From Chlorokybus atmophyticus (Eukaryota > Plantae > Mesostigma and Chlorokybus algae), in the NCBI GenBank assembly GCA_009103225.1, contig RHPI01001116.1:763267-827266 (forward strand): a stretch of 64,000 nucleotides of DNA, given 5' to 3'. This document shows positions 50,397 through 62,560 of this stretch, piece by piece. The stretch's first letter is position 1, and the number at the start of each line of letters is the position of its first letter. A model generated the notes under the pieces. It was given only the letters and a program-made list of their open reading frames with translations. It was not told the DNA's origin and did no database searches. The translations under genes were made by a program, and so were the position numbers.

Positions 50397-53300
50397 AAGG
50401 GTGCTTGCAGACATCTTTACCGCTTCGGCCCCGATTCTCTCGCTGCTTTTGTTTCGCAACTCGTGGTGGGGCTTTGCTAACCCTTTAACGAGGACATTGA
50501 ACCTAAGTGGGGGGGGGGGGGGGGGGGGGNGGGGGGGGGGGATGTAACGGTGTGCTACCTCCATAGAGGTTCCCCGCCCTTATTTAGGTTTAAATAAGGG
50601 TCCCAACGGGATTATGTAGCCTGTTAAGCCTTATTAAGGCCGTTAACCTAGTGTTAACGGCCTAATGCAATGTGACTTAACTGTGACACTGATATGGGCG
50701 TGAGACATGAGTCTCACGCCGATATCAGCCGCATGGCGGCACTGCTAACGCAGTGGCCGCCATAGCCAGAGCATCTTTTGCTCTGGCAGCTGCCCCGGCA
50801 GCGGCGGCGGCGGTGGCGGTGGCTGGCTGGTGGTGGTGTTGGGGTAGGGGATTAAGGGGGCGGTAGCACCCCTCCTCCTTACAAAAGATGTTGACAAGAT
50901 CGGTAGAGGGCTGACTGTCGGCATGTACTTAACCAGAGAGCAGCGAGTACTTGCTAGCGAGCCTGCAATACACAGTTTGGGATTAGATGAGACGGCAACA
51001 GTTGTGACAGCATATACACACACGCCCACGCGCCGTTTCACTTTTGCGTGCGAAAGAGGGGGAAGGGAGGAGCTGAGGATACTCTACCGTTTGGCACAAT
51101 TATCAAGTTTCTGTGGCTTCGGGTTGAGACCTGGCAGACAATTCGTGTGCTGGCAAAAACACTCCTTGAGGTAACGAACCTCAGGAAGGTTGGCAGCCAG
51201 AAGAGCTTTATAAAAAGCCGTTCTAGACAGCAGTCTGACCTTGGGGTTACTTGTCTCCATCTTTGCCTTCATCTGGTTCTCAAAATGCCCCGCCAAATGC
51301 ATATGTAAGCCACAACCTCGACACACTTCATGCTCATAAGAAGTACCTTGCAATCCTCTCTACCGACTGCATACGTAAGCCACGGCTACAACACACTTCA
51401 TGCTCAAGAGAAATACCTTGTAAACCTCTTGCTGCAAAGATGCCTTTCAATTTAAGAACCCGCAATTGAAGATCTTTGCAGGCGGTTGTTGCTTCCAACA
51501 GTTGATCACGAGTGATCCGCAGAATCTGTTGAAGAGCAGCAGAATGCCACCAGGCCTTTTCGGTTGACAATTGCATGGCCACAACCTGGTTCTTCTCAAA
51601 GCTTGCAAGCGCGGCCAACAACAGCTTCTCGGTAGCATCCAAGCTGCGTGCGTCACCATTACAAATGTCAACGAAAGCCGGTCTAAAGACCTCTTCGCGA
51701 GTCTCCTGCAAGCAACCACTCAGCCGTCACCAACAAGAACAAGCCAGTCACTATGTAGCAGCAATAGCAGTATCCACTGTGACATCTTAACTATATCACT
51801 TACTCTGCATGGAACCGTGGACAGTGACCGCATCCAGCCTGCTCACAACACAGACATTGGGTTACTAGCGTCAACATTATAATGAGGCATCAAGTGCCGT
51901 ATGTGTTGTCAGCGCACTTGTGTGTTTGCGACTATAGTTACGAAGGCAACGAGAGACAAAGCTGGAGGCAAGGTCGCAAGGAAGTTACGTCACACAGTAG
52001 GTATACTGTATTAGTAAAGTGTACTGCAGTAGAATATAATTTGATATGGTGAGAACGAGCTATAGTAACAATACACCGTCATCACAATGTGCTTTTCCCT
52101 TTCTCCCTCCTCACCTGGCAAGGCAACAGCGAGTGGCGTTGTGACCTCTGCGCGGAGCCTGCTGTTGTTGCCAGTACCTACAGCGTGCAGACGCCGCAAC
52201 AGCGGCAAGGCACGCAGCATTTCGCCTCCTCAACCAGCTAGCCCAAGCTCCACCAGCGCCTGCTCCTCTTATTCCTACTCCTACGCCGCCAAGGACAACA
52301 CTGGCAAGTTGCTCTGTTGGAACTGTTCTGCGAACAATAAAACAATCGAGGGTTAGGGTTTGTGGCGTCCAGTTGGACGCGCTGCTACTACAACTGCTAC
52401 AACCGTAAATAACTGTACACAGCTGCATTGCAACTGCCACGTACCATCGTGTACACTAGGGCAACGTGGGGCAATTGGCGGCACCGAACTTTGTCACTTA
52501 ACCAAAGGCGCAGCCAAGACCGGGAGCCGCTGAAAATTCTGTGCCTTTGTATGTGATGAGAAACCAGATCAGAGTTGCTGAGTTCAAAAAAGTTGAGTTG
52601 CGAAGTGAGCGTGTGACTAAGTGCTGGCAGGATAATACAAAAAGAATGCATCTGTAAGACAGATCTATGTACATTTACATACCAGTGTTGTTCAAGCTTA
52701 CTTCGTGTGACTTCATAGACATAGCCAAACCTTGAGACGCTGGCAACTCTGTCTATGACATTGTATGTGACGCAACCAGTGTGTGCTAGAGAGCTGAGCT
52801 TGCAGTGCTTGACCGTGCAAGTGAGTGCTGACAGTGCAATTTGCATGCATCTGAAAAACAAAGATTTGTGAGCGATTGTGTCTGGGCACATACCAGTATT
52901 GTTGGAGAGACACCACATGTGGTGGAAGGTACACGGCCCCAAGTATTCAGACGAAGGCAAGAAGGGTGGCTGCATTTTTGCTGCACGCGAGTTGATCCCT
53001 GAACACTTGTGCCCGCAATCCTGTCAAGCAGGCAAAAAAACCTCACGTCAAAGGTGATGAACTAGATATGCAATGCTTGCACTGAACATGTAGCAAAGCT
53101 TTACAAGTTTACCAGTAAAAGCTTACAAAGCCACAGCGGGAAGTAGACATCACGACACACAGGCATCACGGAATGAGCCAGACATTGCACATGCTATGGA
53201 TAAGTCAACAATTGCTTATTTGGTAAGGTAGATGAGAGTCAACCAGCTGCAGGTGGCAAGTCACGAGATGGTGGCTTGGGTGAGGAGACAGCCACGCCTG

Positions 53301-55046
53301 TAGTGTTAGCACTTCCGCAACAGGCAGCGTCCGCCAAGCAACAGCACCATAAACAACCTGTTGCACAAAAGACGCAGAGTCAGCTAAAGCAACCGATGCA
53401 ATCGGCAACTTGGCACCACTAGCCTACAGCAGCTGCAAAAGCTTGCGAGTCTGGGTGTGGAGGATGGGGGAGGCTCTGCCAGCAGGGAGTCGCCGCCGCC
53501 GCTCAGCACGCGCCAAGCCTTGGGCCGTGGGGCGACGGCTGCCAGTGGATTGCAAGCAGCGCCAGACCAGGGTTGGCAAAGCTTGGGGGCTCGGAAATGG
53601 CAGGGCAGCGACCTAGCGCCAGCGCCAGCGCCACCAGGCTGCCAAGCCACATGCTTTGACAACCAAGCCGCACGGCGCCACCATCGCCGGCAGCTCGGCC
53701 ACCGCCATCACCACAGCTGCCAAATTTCTTGCATCGTGTGCTGGCTTGCAAGAAAGCCCTCCTGGAGAATAGATTGCCGTTGGATTGATTGTCGAATCGC
53801 GGCGGCCCGCCGGCGGGGGAGTCGAGAGCGTTGATTCGATCGCCTTGTCTCCAACATCGTTATGCTTTTGTGTTTTGGGGTGGTTCAACCACCATGGTTG
53901 GCATCCAATTGGGCGCCTTGGTTCGACTGTACGCGGCTGCGTTGTCGCAAGCAATTACAGTCTTTGGCGGTTATAATAATCACGTTTAATCTCCGATATG
54001 ATATTCAGGAGAATGATATTCTCTTAATTAACATTTCTTTCATAACACTTACAAGACTAAATATGCTATAATTGAGGGCTTGTCTATTACCCTTATGCCA
54101 CATTACATGCTAATTATATCCTGATGTGGTTAGTATTACATATATATGGATATGTGGCATAACATATTGCACATTATGTTGGTTGCTGATTATGTACTAC
54201 AACGTATATGATGTGTATGTTGTGAGCAAGGTATTCCGCGGTTACCGGTCTAGCCCCACTGAACAATTTGAGCCACCTCATTTTTTATTACAAATTGGAA
54301 TACCTTCTTGAACGTCAAGAAAGCAGGCTATCAACATTTGCCACTTAAATATTTGTTCTTTTACGATTTATGATATTGACGGGGTACTTCTCAATAATGA
54401 AGTATCTTAGCAAGGGAAGCATGTATCATGAGCCGCAATGGTTCATTGGCAGATACACGATAATGTGTGTGATACAAGATCTACAGTAAAAAATGTCTTT
54501 TATTACAATCTCAAGCTCGAATTAGGCTAGTGTGCGCGTTAGGGGATGTCTGATAGTTATGGCTGTACCTTCACCGGAGACGTACACTAATTATTTCCGA
54601 AATTACGATTAAATACGGTGTATTTAACCGAGACCCTCAGTGACGGCAGTACTAATATCATTGTGCGTAACGTGTAGTATACAATGCCCAATGTGGCATT
54701 GTAAATTTACAATCACATTATAAATAAAACTACATATAATGACATTTGGACTTGGGCATACCGAGTATAAGCAAGCAGTGTTTGTTTGCTTCACCATGCA
54801 TGAATAAAAGCGTGTTGGTGATAATCTTTGCGGCATAATATATAGTGCGCGTATGTGTACATGTTTGCGCAGGCAAGTGCATATATGCATGAAGGGCCTG
54901 TGTGCGTGTGGTGTCAATGATGTCACTATCAATTAAGCTGAACAGAATCAGTGCAATACCATGCTTACACACGCTTTACAATACAATACACACATGTTTA
55001 TCGAACCATCTATGTCACTAGCTCAAAGCTGTACAAGAAGAGCTAT

Positions 55047-57000
55047 CTACTTGAAAAGAGCTGTAATGGCCTGTGGGTCTGGCAAGTTCTCAAGCTGATC
55101 AGTCATGATTGCAGCTACTTGACAGAGCGGCTTTGGTAAGTAGTCTAACAAGTTCTTTTCAGAATAAGCGGTTGCAATGGCAGAGTGACGGGTTAGCACA
55201 CACTGGTTGAAGTAATTGTACAATGACTTTGCCACCCTATCAACCAGCAACTTACCACGCCGCTTGCTCCACACGCTTGACCATACGAAGTTGCGCTCCC
55301 CATCAGTTGCCGAAGAGGGGATGGATATATCCATCTCTTGCTTTGAATGCTATATAGCATTCAAAGCAACCCTTTTGCAATGCAGGGCATTTCATCACCA
55401 CAATTTAACCACCAAGCTTGAAGACATGGAGGTCAGGTGACCCCTGGTTGCAGTGCATGATTGGGTATGCCCAAGCTGGCGGGATTGTTGCGCAATGTTG
55501 TAAATTGGCGAAGAGCCATATTCTGATTCGGGCATGCATCACAAGAGCCAGCGTCTGCATGCAGACCATGGTAAAAATCCATATGTATACAACACATGCG
55601 AAACCAATCAACTTTATACCTCTAGCAGACTCTCGACAGCTGTGCGCTCGCGCTGAAGGATGGTTCCAATTGTCACATGATGCTTACGGTCCAGCAGAGC
55701 TCCAAGAATGAAAGCATCGTGCCACCCATATATAGTCCTTCCTGTCCTTCCACACGCTATGCACACGTGGAAGGCCATTCTCCAAGCAGTCCAAGCTAAT
55801 CGAAACATCAACGGCGAGCTGCATGTTCTCAAGTACGTAGTTTGCATCATCGACAATTGCGTGGTCGGCCTCCAACATGTCAATGCCATGGCAAAATGGT
55901 TGGAGAAACCTTATAACTTGTTGAACGTTTGAACATACCCCATGGAAGCTGTCGCTCAACACTTTTACCTTGTTGTTCTTGGCTTTAATGCGGCCGCTGG
56001 GTGTCACACCGCTCTCCAAAGTACATGAACTTCTGTTTTGAAAAGAGAGACTGTGTAACATACGGTAATGACTGGCAAACCGCGTGTTTGCTGGCATTTT
56101 CAGCTCACGCTTCACCTGCAATACAAGGAACAACATCAATGTGATGACAATATGTCATTCCAAATGCTAACAGCCGTAGAATGCACAATAGCAGGGTTGA
56201 CAGAGGACTCAGTAACTCGTTGCACTGTGCGCGCATGCTTCTTTATAAAGCATGAGGTTTGCTGTTGTGCATACACTACTTGACGACATGTACCGCTTCT
56301 TCCGAGATTAGCTTGACTGCTGGGAGCTTGCCAAAGTTGGTGAGGAGAAGATTAAGCACATGACTGACGCAGCGCAAGGTGATCAGCTTGGGCATCATGT
56401 ATTGCAATATATAAACGCGGCATAATGCCTTTTTAACTGATGGTGTATCTCTCACAAATGCCATTAACTTGTCCACAAAGGCATGCTTCCCCACAATGAG
56501 CCATGTTGGCAATCAGCTGTACACACAGTCCACGAAGTCAATCAAGCACATGCATGTGCAGTGCACAACACACCAATCATTGTTACATGCATTGTCAATC
56601 AGGCAGCAATTGAAAGTAAAGTCAATTTATGGTTAAGCACTGCAAACATCAGTGCATTGGCATCGAAAATCTTTCGCGGTTTCACCTTGGCTAGCTGAAA
56701 CGCTAAACTACCCGATAGCAACAAACGAACACACATGGATTCACGCGCGCGCGCACATACATATTTGCAGTGCTCACCTTTTTGCAACACTTGCGGGGGC
56801 CTTCGAGCGGGCTGTTTTAAGCAAGACATGGGATAGCTTCACGGACTAAGTCCTTGCGTAGCATTGAGCAGCGCGACTTCTTTCGCACAAGCAGCCCAGC
56901 ATCATTCACGACGGGCGGCTGCACGGTTATTGCCGAGCGAATGGAAGTCCATTGCCACCAATGTTTTGAATGATGCTGCAAGCGCACACAGGCAGCATGC
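55047..57000 (-). pseudogene. hAT-family (DUF659-type) transposase remnant
   Basis: CVSHVLNLLLTNFGKL, LKMPANTRFASHYRMLHSL, CPALQKVAL...PSSATDGERNF...SKRRGKLLVDRVAKSLYNYFN (dimerisation domain). Many stops and frameshifts; TIRs not found. Confidence 0.72.
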
Positions 57001-58099
57001 CAGTAAGCACATGGCAAGGACAAGATGGGGGAAAAGAATTTAATATATATAAAACTGTGCACACGAGTGGCCTGCGTGGAATCAGAATCTTGTGTAATAT
57101 TGCACAACAGCGCCATACGATGATGGCGTCGAACAAGCAAGCAACACCTAACACACCTCTACACGCCTACAACAAATGCAACTCAACCGACATTTGGGTT
57201 CTCTCCCTATTCTTGTCCCTATCATTACCACTATCCCTCTCCCTATACCCATATATATGAGATACAGGCTATACCTATCCCCCTTGTGTTAACGTCTATC
57301 AACATTATCATTGTCGATTGTTATACTTGATTACCAACACTATGTCTACCATTATCCCTTTGATTACTATCACTATCCACGAGTTTTATCGCATTATACA
57401 TATTCTTATCACTATCCTTGATGAAGGCTTAAAAGTCATTATATTTACTGAATGTTATGAAACCAACCGCGGTAGTGTTTGGTATTCTCTCCCAATCGCT
57501 CTCCGTACTTTTGGGATCCCTATTCCTAACCCTATCCCCCCTTGTGTCTTTTGTAAAATAACGAAATAGTGATAGAGTCTCATTATCTCTATTACCATCC
57601 CTTTCAATATCCCCATCACCTCTGCCAATGTTTGGGTCACGCGCACGCAAATAAACCTACGCTACACACGCGGCAGGCGCAACCTAGCACTGCAGAGCAG
57701 TACATTAAGAACGCCTTGGTGCACATAATGCATCAACATGGTCGGTATGCACAAATTGTAAAGTAAATGAAATGTCGATACAGTTGGTTACCTTTCAACA
57801 TTGACAGCCCAAACATTCGTTATGTTATTAAGAAGAAGTTGTCTTTGTTTCCATGAGCGAAGGATCATGTCAAGCTTATTACCATGGTATCCGTGCTTAC
57901 TATCCATGTTGCATAACGTCAGTATAACCGCCATACGGACAGGCGGCACAGGCGGGGGATGTCAGCCATGTCACGTGACATGTGCGGTCTTAACTTGGAT
58001 CAGCTGTTCTCTGTCTCTCATCTCGCGCAGCCTGGCCTGGGCGTGGCCTGGTCGTCGTCGTCGTGGGCGGCGGCGGCGGTGGCGGCGGAGGGAGGAAGG

Positions 58100-61026
58100 A
58101 TGTCGTCGCATTCGTTGAAAGCGAGGACGTGGGCGGCCGGTGCGGGTGCAGGCCCGTACGGGGGCACGATCTTGTCGTCGTCGTCGTCGTCGGTGAGGCT
58201 GGTGTACGGGCCGTTCAACCGCTGGGTGCGAGCACATCCTGCCGCTGCCTGCGCACTCTCCACCTGCACCCTACTCCTCGTGTAAGAGTCAACATCAAAC
58301 ACATCCAACAAAAAGTACTGCTTGTTGATCATCACATACTGGAAGCGGAGGCAAGGGGAGCGTGGTATGATCAAATCCATGTCTTGAGATTGGTGCTCCG
58401 TCACTATGCTGTACAACATCAACCGTAGCTGTTCCGTTACTTTGTTTGAGCTTGTCATGTAATAGTGTGACGGTCACAACCATCGTCAGGATCTCACCAA
58501 CACAGTGAGTAGATCTCACTGTGTTGGTGAGATCCTCTCACTTCAGATCGATTGATCCAGATGCTGCACAGCAGTCAGATCCAAGGGAAGCTCCCCAGTT
58601 CAAGTGCCCTTGGGACATCTGACTGTGTCATCACAGCTCTTTCACAGGCAGACATGCTGTACTAACTGATCACCATGCCTATAGCAGTACACTGAATCAG
58701 TAAATGTCCGGTAACCCACGAACATATCGTCGCAGCTGCAAAATGCAGACTCCTGAAACTCCTGTGATACAAATCAGATCATTGTTGCCAGCAAACTTTT
58801 GATATAGCAACAGCAGATGTGGATCCAATCAGACCTAATCTAGAACACACACACGCAGGTTGCTGGTTGCGGGCGTGTTCGAAGCCTTGTCATCCTCCTA
58901 CACCCACACCACAGACACCTTCGTCGAGTCCACGCGCCGCTTCCTCCGCGAAAGCCGCGCCGCTTCCAACATCACCCTCGCCCACATCTGCACGAATAAC
59001 AACAACAATGACCAGTCCAAACTGGTCCTTGTCACAGGCGCCGCAGGCTTCGTAGGTGAGCTGTGATACATCAAACACATTCACATTCTGACATCAGGGC
59101 TGAAGATGTCCAACATGATATGCTTACATCAGGTTATCATGCGGCGGTTGCGTTGCGTGGTGCGGGTGTACGTGTTGTTGGGTTGGACAACTTCAACGAC
59201 TACTACGCTGTTGGGTTAAAGCGCAAGCGCGCGGAGATGCTCGCGCCGCGCGGCGTGTACATCGCCGAGGGGGACCTCAACGACGCAGACCTGCTGCGGA
59301 CACTCTTCGACACGTGCGCCTTCACGCATGTGCTTCATCTTGCCGCACAGGTGGGACATGTTGGTGTTGTTGTTGTTGTTGGTGGTGGCACAATCAGTAC
59401 TGATGGGTACCATGTGTGCAGGCGGGTGTGAGGTATGCTGTGAAGAACCCGCAAGCATACATCAAGAGCAATGTTGCGGGGACGGTGTCGCTACTGGAAG
59501 CAATGAAGGTGCGGGCTCATGTGTGTGTGCGTGCGTGCGCGTGCGAGTATGCGTGCGTGTGCGTGTGTGACAACTTTCTGTCACTATCAGAATGCGGGCG
59601 ATAGACAGCCGGCTCTGGTGTTTGCGTCGTCGAGCAGCGTGTACGGCTTGAACACAAAGGTCCCGTTTTCGGAGGAGGACAGGACCGACAGACCAACCAG
59701 CCTGTACGCTGCCACAAAGGTAGTGCAAAGGAGAAAGATGTTACTGTTATTCAATGTGGCACAATAATGCTCATGTCGTACAAGTGGTCTCATGCGCGTC
59801 TCTCTCCTGCAGCTGGAAGATGAGCTGCTTGTGCACACTTACAGCCACATCTACGGCCTGTCCGCCATCGGGTTGAGGTGAGTGGGAGAACGCAACAACC
59901 AGAACATTATTAAGTGAGCACTTTGAGTCAATTATGTTCATGGATATGCGTGAGTGCGCGTGCCTGCATATGTGCATTTGCGCGCACACACAGGCAAGCA
60001 TGCACTCACACGCACACACACACATGCGAAGGCAGTGTTCTAATGACGCACATGTTAGGTTCTTCACGGTGTACGGGCCATGGGGCAGACCAGACATGGC
60101 CTACTTCTCCTTCACCAAAGCCATCCTTGAACAGCAGGTACAATGGGGATAAAACAGCGATGGCCGCTGTGGCATACATACGCATAACAGGGCAATGCTA
60201 ATTGTTGTGTTCATGCATACACAGCCAATAAAGGTCTTCCGCACTGCGAGCGGAGGAGAACTGTTGAGAGACTTCACGTATGTTGATGACGTGGTTGCCG
60301 GCATATTGAGCGCCATTGACAAGGTGAGGCAAATATCGACTATTTTGGTGTGCATAAGTTGGGTTGATGTGAGTGAACCCCAAACCAACATGTGTGCATT
60401 GACATTAGGTCCCGAAGAGTGGCAAGACTGGAGACAAGGGCTATACGAGGATATACAACATTGGCAACACCAAACCCGTGACGGTCACGCAGCTCGTCCG
60501 CACCATTGAGACCCACGTTGATGAACCCGCCACCATTGAGTAAGTAAACCACATCACTACCAACGACAACATAATCAGCCAAGCCAATCAACTTGACATC
60601 CGCAGATATGTCACTATGGACGACACGGGAGATGTGGAGTTCACGCACGCCAACATCACACGCGCGCACACCGAGCTCGGGTGCGTGGGATGCATAGCTT
60701 TATCACACTCCTTCTGTCCCTTGCATTGTGCCTGTGCGTGCCTGTGTGCATTTGTGCACATGTGCCTGTGCGTGTGTGTGTGTGCGCGCGGGTGCGTGCG
60801 TGCATATGTGTGTATGTGTGCGTGTGTTTGACATATCATGACAACCTTCGTGCTCATGCATCGCAGATACGAGCCCAAGACAGACTTGTTTTCTGGTTTG
60901 AAGCAATTCACTGCGTGGTACCGTGGCTACTATCAGGAGGAGACGCTGCGTTCTGTCCGGCAGACGGGCACCGTGTTGAGCGTGGAGGGAACGCGTGCGA
61001 GTGCTGATGGAACTCAATCGCGGTAA
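58100..61026 (+). CDS. GAE: UDP-glucuronate 4-epimerase (GAE; type II membrane SDR), multi-exon
   Basis: N-terminal hydrophobic segment, [104 protein letters not shown]. Junctions read as GT-AG. In-frame upstream starts are possible from 57959. Confidence 0.95.
58488..58536. repeat. Perfect 22-bp inverted repeat with 5-nt loop in GAE intron 1
   Basis: AGGATCTCACCAACACAGTGAG-TAGAT-CTCACTGTGTTGGTGAGATCCT. Confidence 0.92.
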
Positions 61027-61520
61027 CGAGGAATCGTGTTAGTAGTACTGTAGTTTTATGGTGTTGTATCCGGTGCACATTGCGCCGGTATGCGGCATGT
61101 ACTAGCATTGTAGTATATATAGCATAGTATTCGCTATTTATGTAATAATATTATGGGGTAAGGGGCTGACAAGTGTTCGCGGAGGTGGTTGTTGTTTCAC
61201 CAATGCAATGAAGACTTACGCTGGCAATGCCTATGTATGTGATACATTATTGTATTGCAGAGCTGAAACTTCCGGGATGCGGTGTTATTAGCTATAAAGA
61301 TGACCATCACAACAACATAAACTATAACGATGATGGCAGCGTGCAGCATGGCAATAGCGGGTCCGCAGCATCTCACTATTATACTGCAGTTGCCAAAGCT
61401 CAACCAATGGTAGGATGTTGACATCATAGCCGATAGTCAAGTGACGTGCGCTTTATGGTAATTTTTCTCAAGTGGAGATGCAATTATAACTTTAATAATA
61501 TTGAACAATTGTCATACAAC

Positions 61521-62560
61521 TTAACAGCACGTGAAAGTTTTGCAGTCGCATGTTTTAATCAGCATCGACTCCTCTATGTGATTCGGAATTGATGTAAATG
61601 CGGTGTGCATGTAACTTGCAATCACAATGCCATCAAGTTGCATTGCTCGGCGTTCTCCAAAAATGTCTTTTTCTGCGATTGAGACCATTGCATTATTGGG
61701 CCATCCACCTCTAATGTATGTTGGCATGATGATGTGCCATGAGCAAGAGTGCTTACATGTCCTTATAATGGATTGCCAAATTGGTGGCCATTGCTATCCA
61801 GAGGATGCAGGAGGCTTGGGCTTCATCTGTGTCGGACGTAACTCATTTGCCATGAGACGATGCATGCCTTTTCATTTTGCTTAATTTGTAAGCAATCAGT
61901 GTGTTCCTCTATTATCTAACCATTGCGCTTGTGCAATACAGATTGAAAACATAAAGGCATGTTGAAAATATCAGGTGTGTTAGAGCTATTTATGATGCGC
62001 TTGAGTACAGTTATTAAGCACATGCAATCAGCACGCAATATTTACATTTGTGTGTGTAGTGCAAATGTATATATATATGTACATATATATGTATATATGT
62101 ACACACGCATGTATGTAATTATAAATGACATATACACAATACAATGCTTGTCGTAAGGTTAGTTAAAAAAATAACAATTGCACAATCACACAGCAATAAG
62201 TGCTCGTATTTACTTTTATAAAAGAAATGATGGTTTTGGCTTTGAGCGCATATAGCCAAGTCGTGTGCAATGTGTCATTTAGGCCAAGTTCATGGCATTA
62301 ACATATGACTCATTTGGGAAAGCTATCACAATCACACTTAAATAACTTTGAAACAAGATCTGTTATTGTACACATTGCAAATGTTATTATTAAGTTGTCT
62401 AATGCAAACACGCAGTGTGTACTCATAATATAATTCAGTGCTATATCAAATACTTGAGCTCGCTAGAAATGTGAAATACGCATAAAAGTAAACGGTGCAA
62501 ATGATTTGGCAATGAGCATGTTAACTTCAATCGATATGTAGGTGATAAATTGAATGCAAC
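61521..62560 (-). pseudogene. Possible highly decayed Mutator/MULE transposase fragments
   Basis: Frame-shifted fragments FITYISIEVNMLIAKSF / PNHLHRLLLCVFHI (CxxH-like) and WPNNAMVSIAEKDIFGERRAMQLDGIV resemble MULE motifs. AT-rich with many stops; weak. Confidence 0.3.

Larger units (their letters stand above)
44229..50883 (+). mobile_element. Ty3/Gypsy chromovirus LTR retrotransposon, decayed, with 5' LTR truncated
   Basis: 3' LTR at 50543-50883 (TGTAAC...CTTACA). The 5' LTR remnant 44229-44341 matches only 50773-50883. PBS TGGTATCGGAGC at 44344 (tRNA-iMet type). G-rich PPT at 50509-50541. Domain order gag, PR, RT, RH, IN, chromodomain. Confidence 0.95.

Noticed and set aside
52900-52980. 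HMWWKVHGPKY, resembling a hAT dimerisation motif on the plus strand
   Set aside because: Too short, and I could not extend it to other transposase motifs.
54370-54410. HAD-like motif IYDIDGVLL in an AT-rich tract
   Set aside because: An isolated short match surrounded by stops, with no other HAD motifs.
58018-58458. 146-aa minus-strand ORF
   Set aside because: It is antisense to GAE exon 1 and intron 1, a GC-rich shadow frame.
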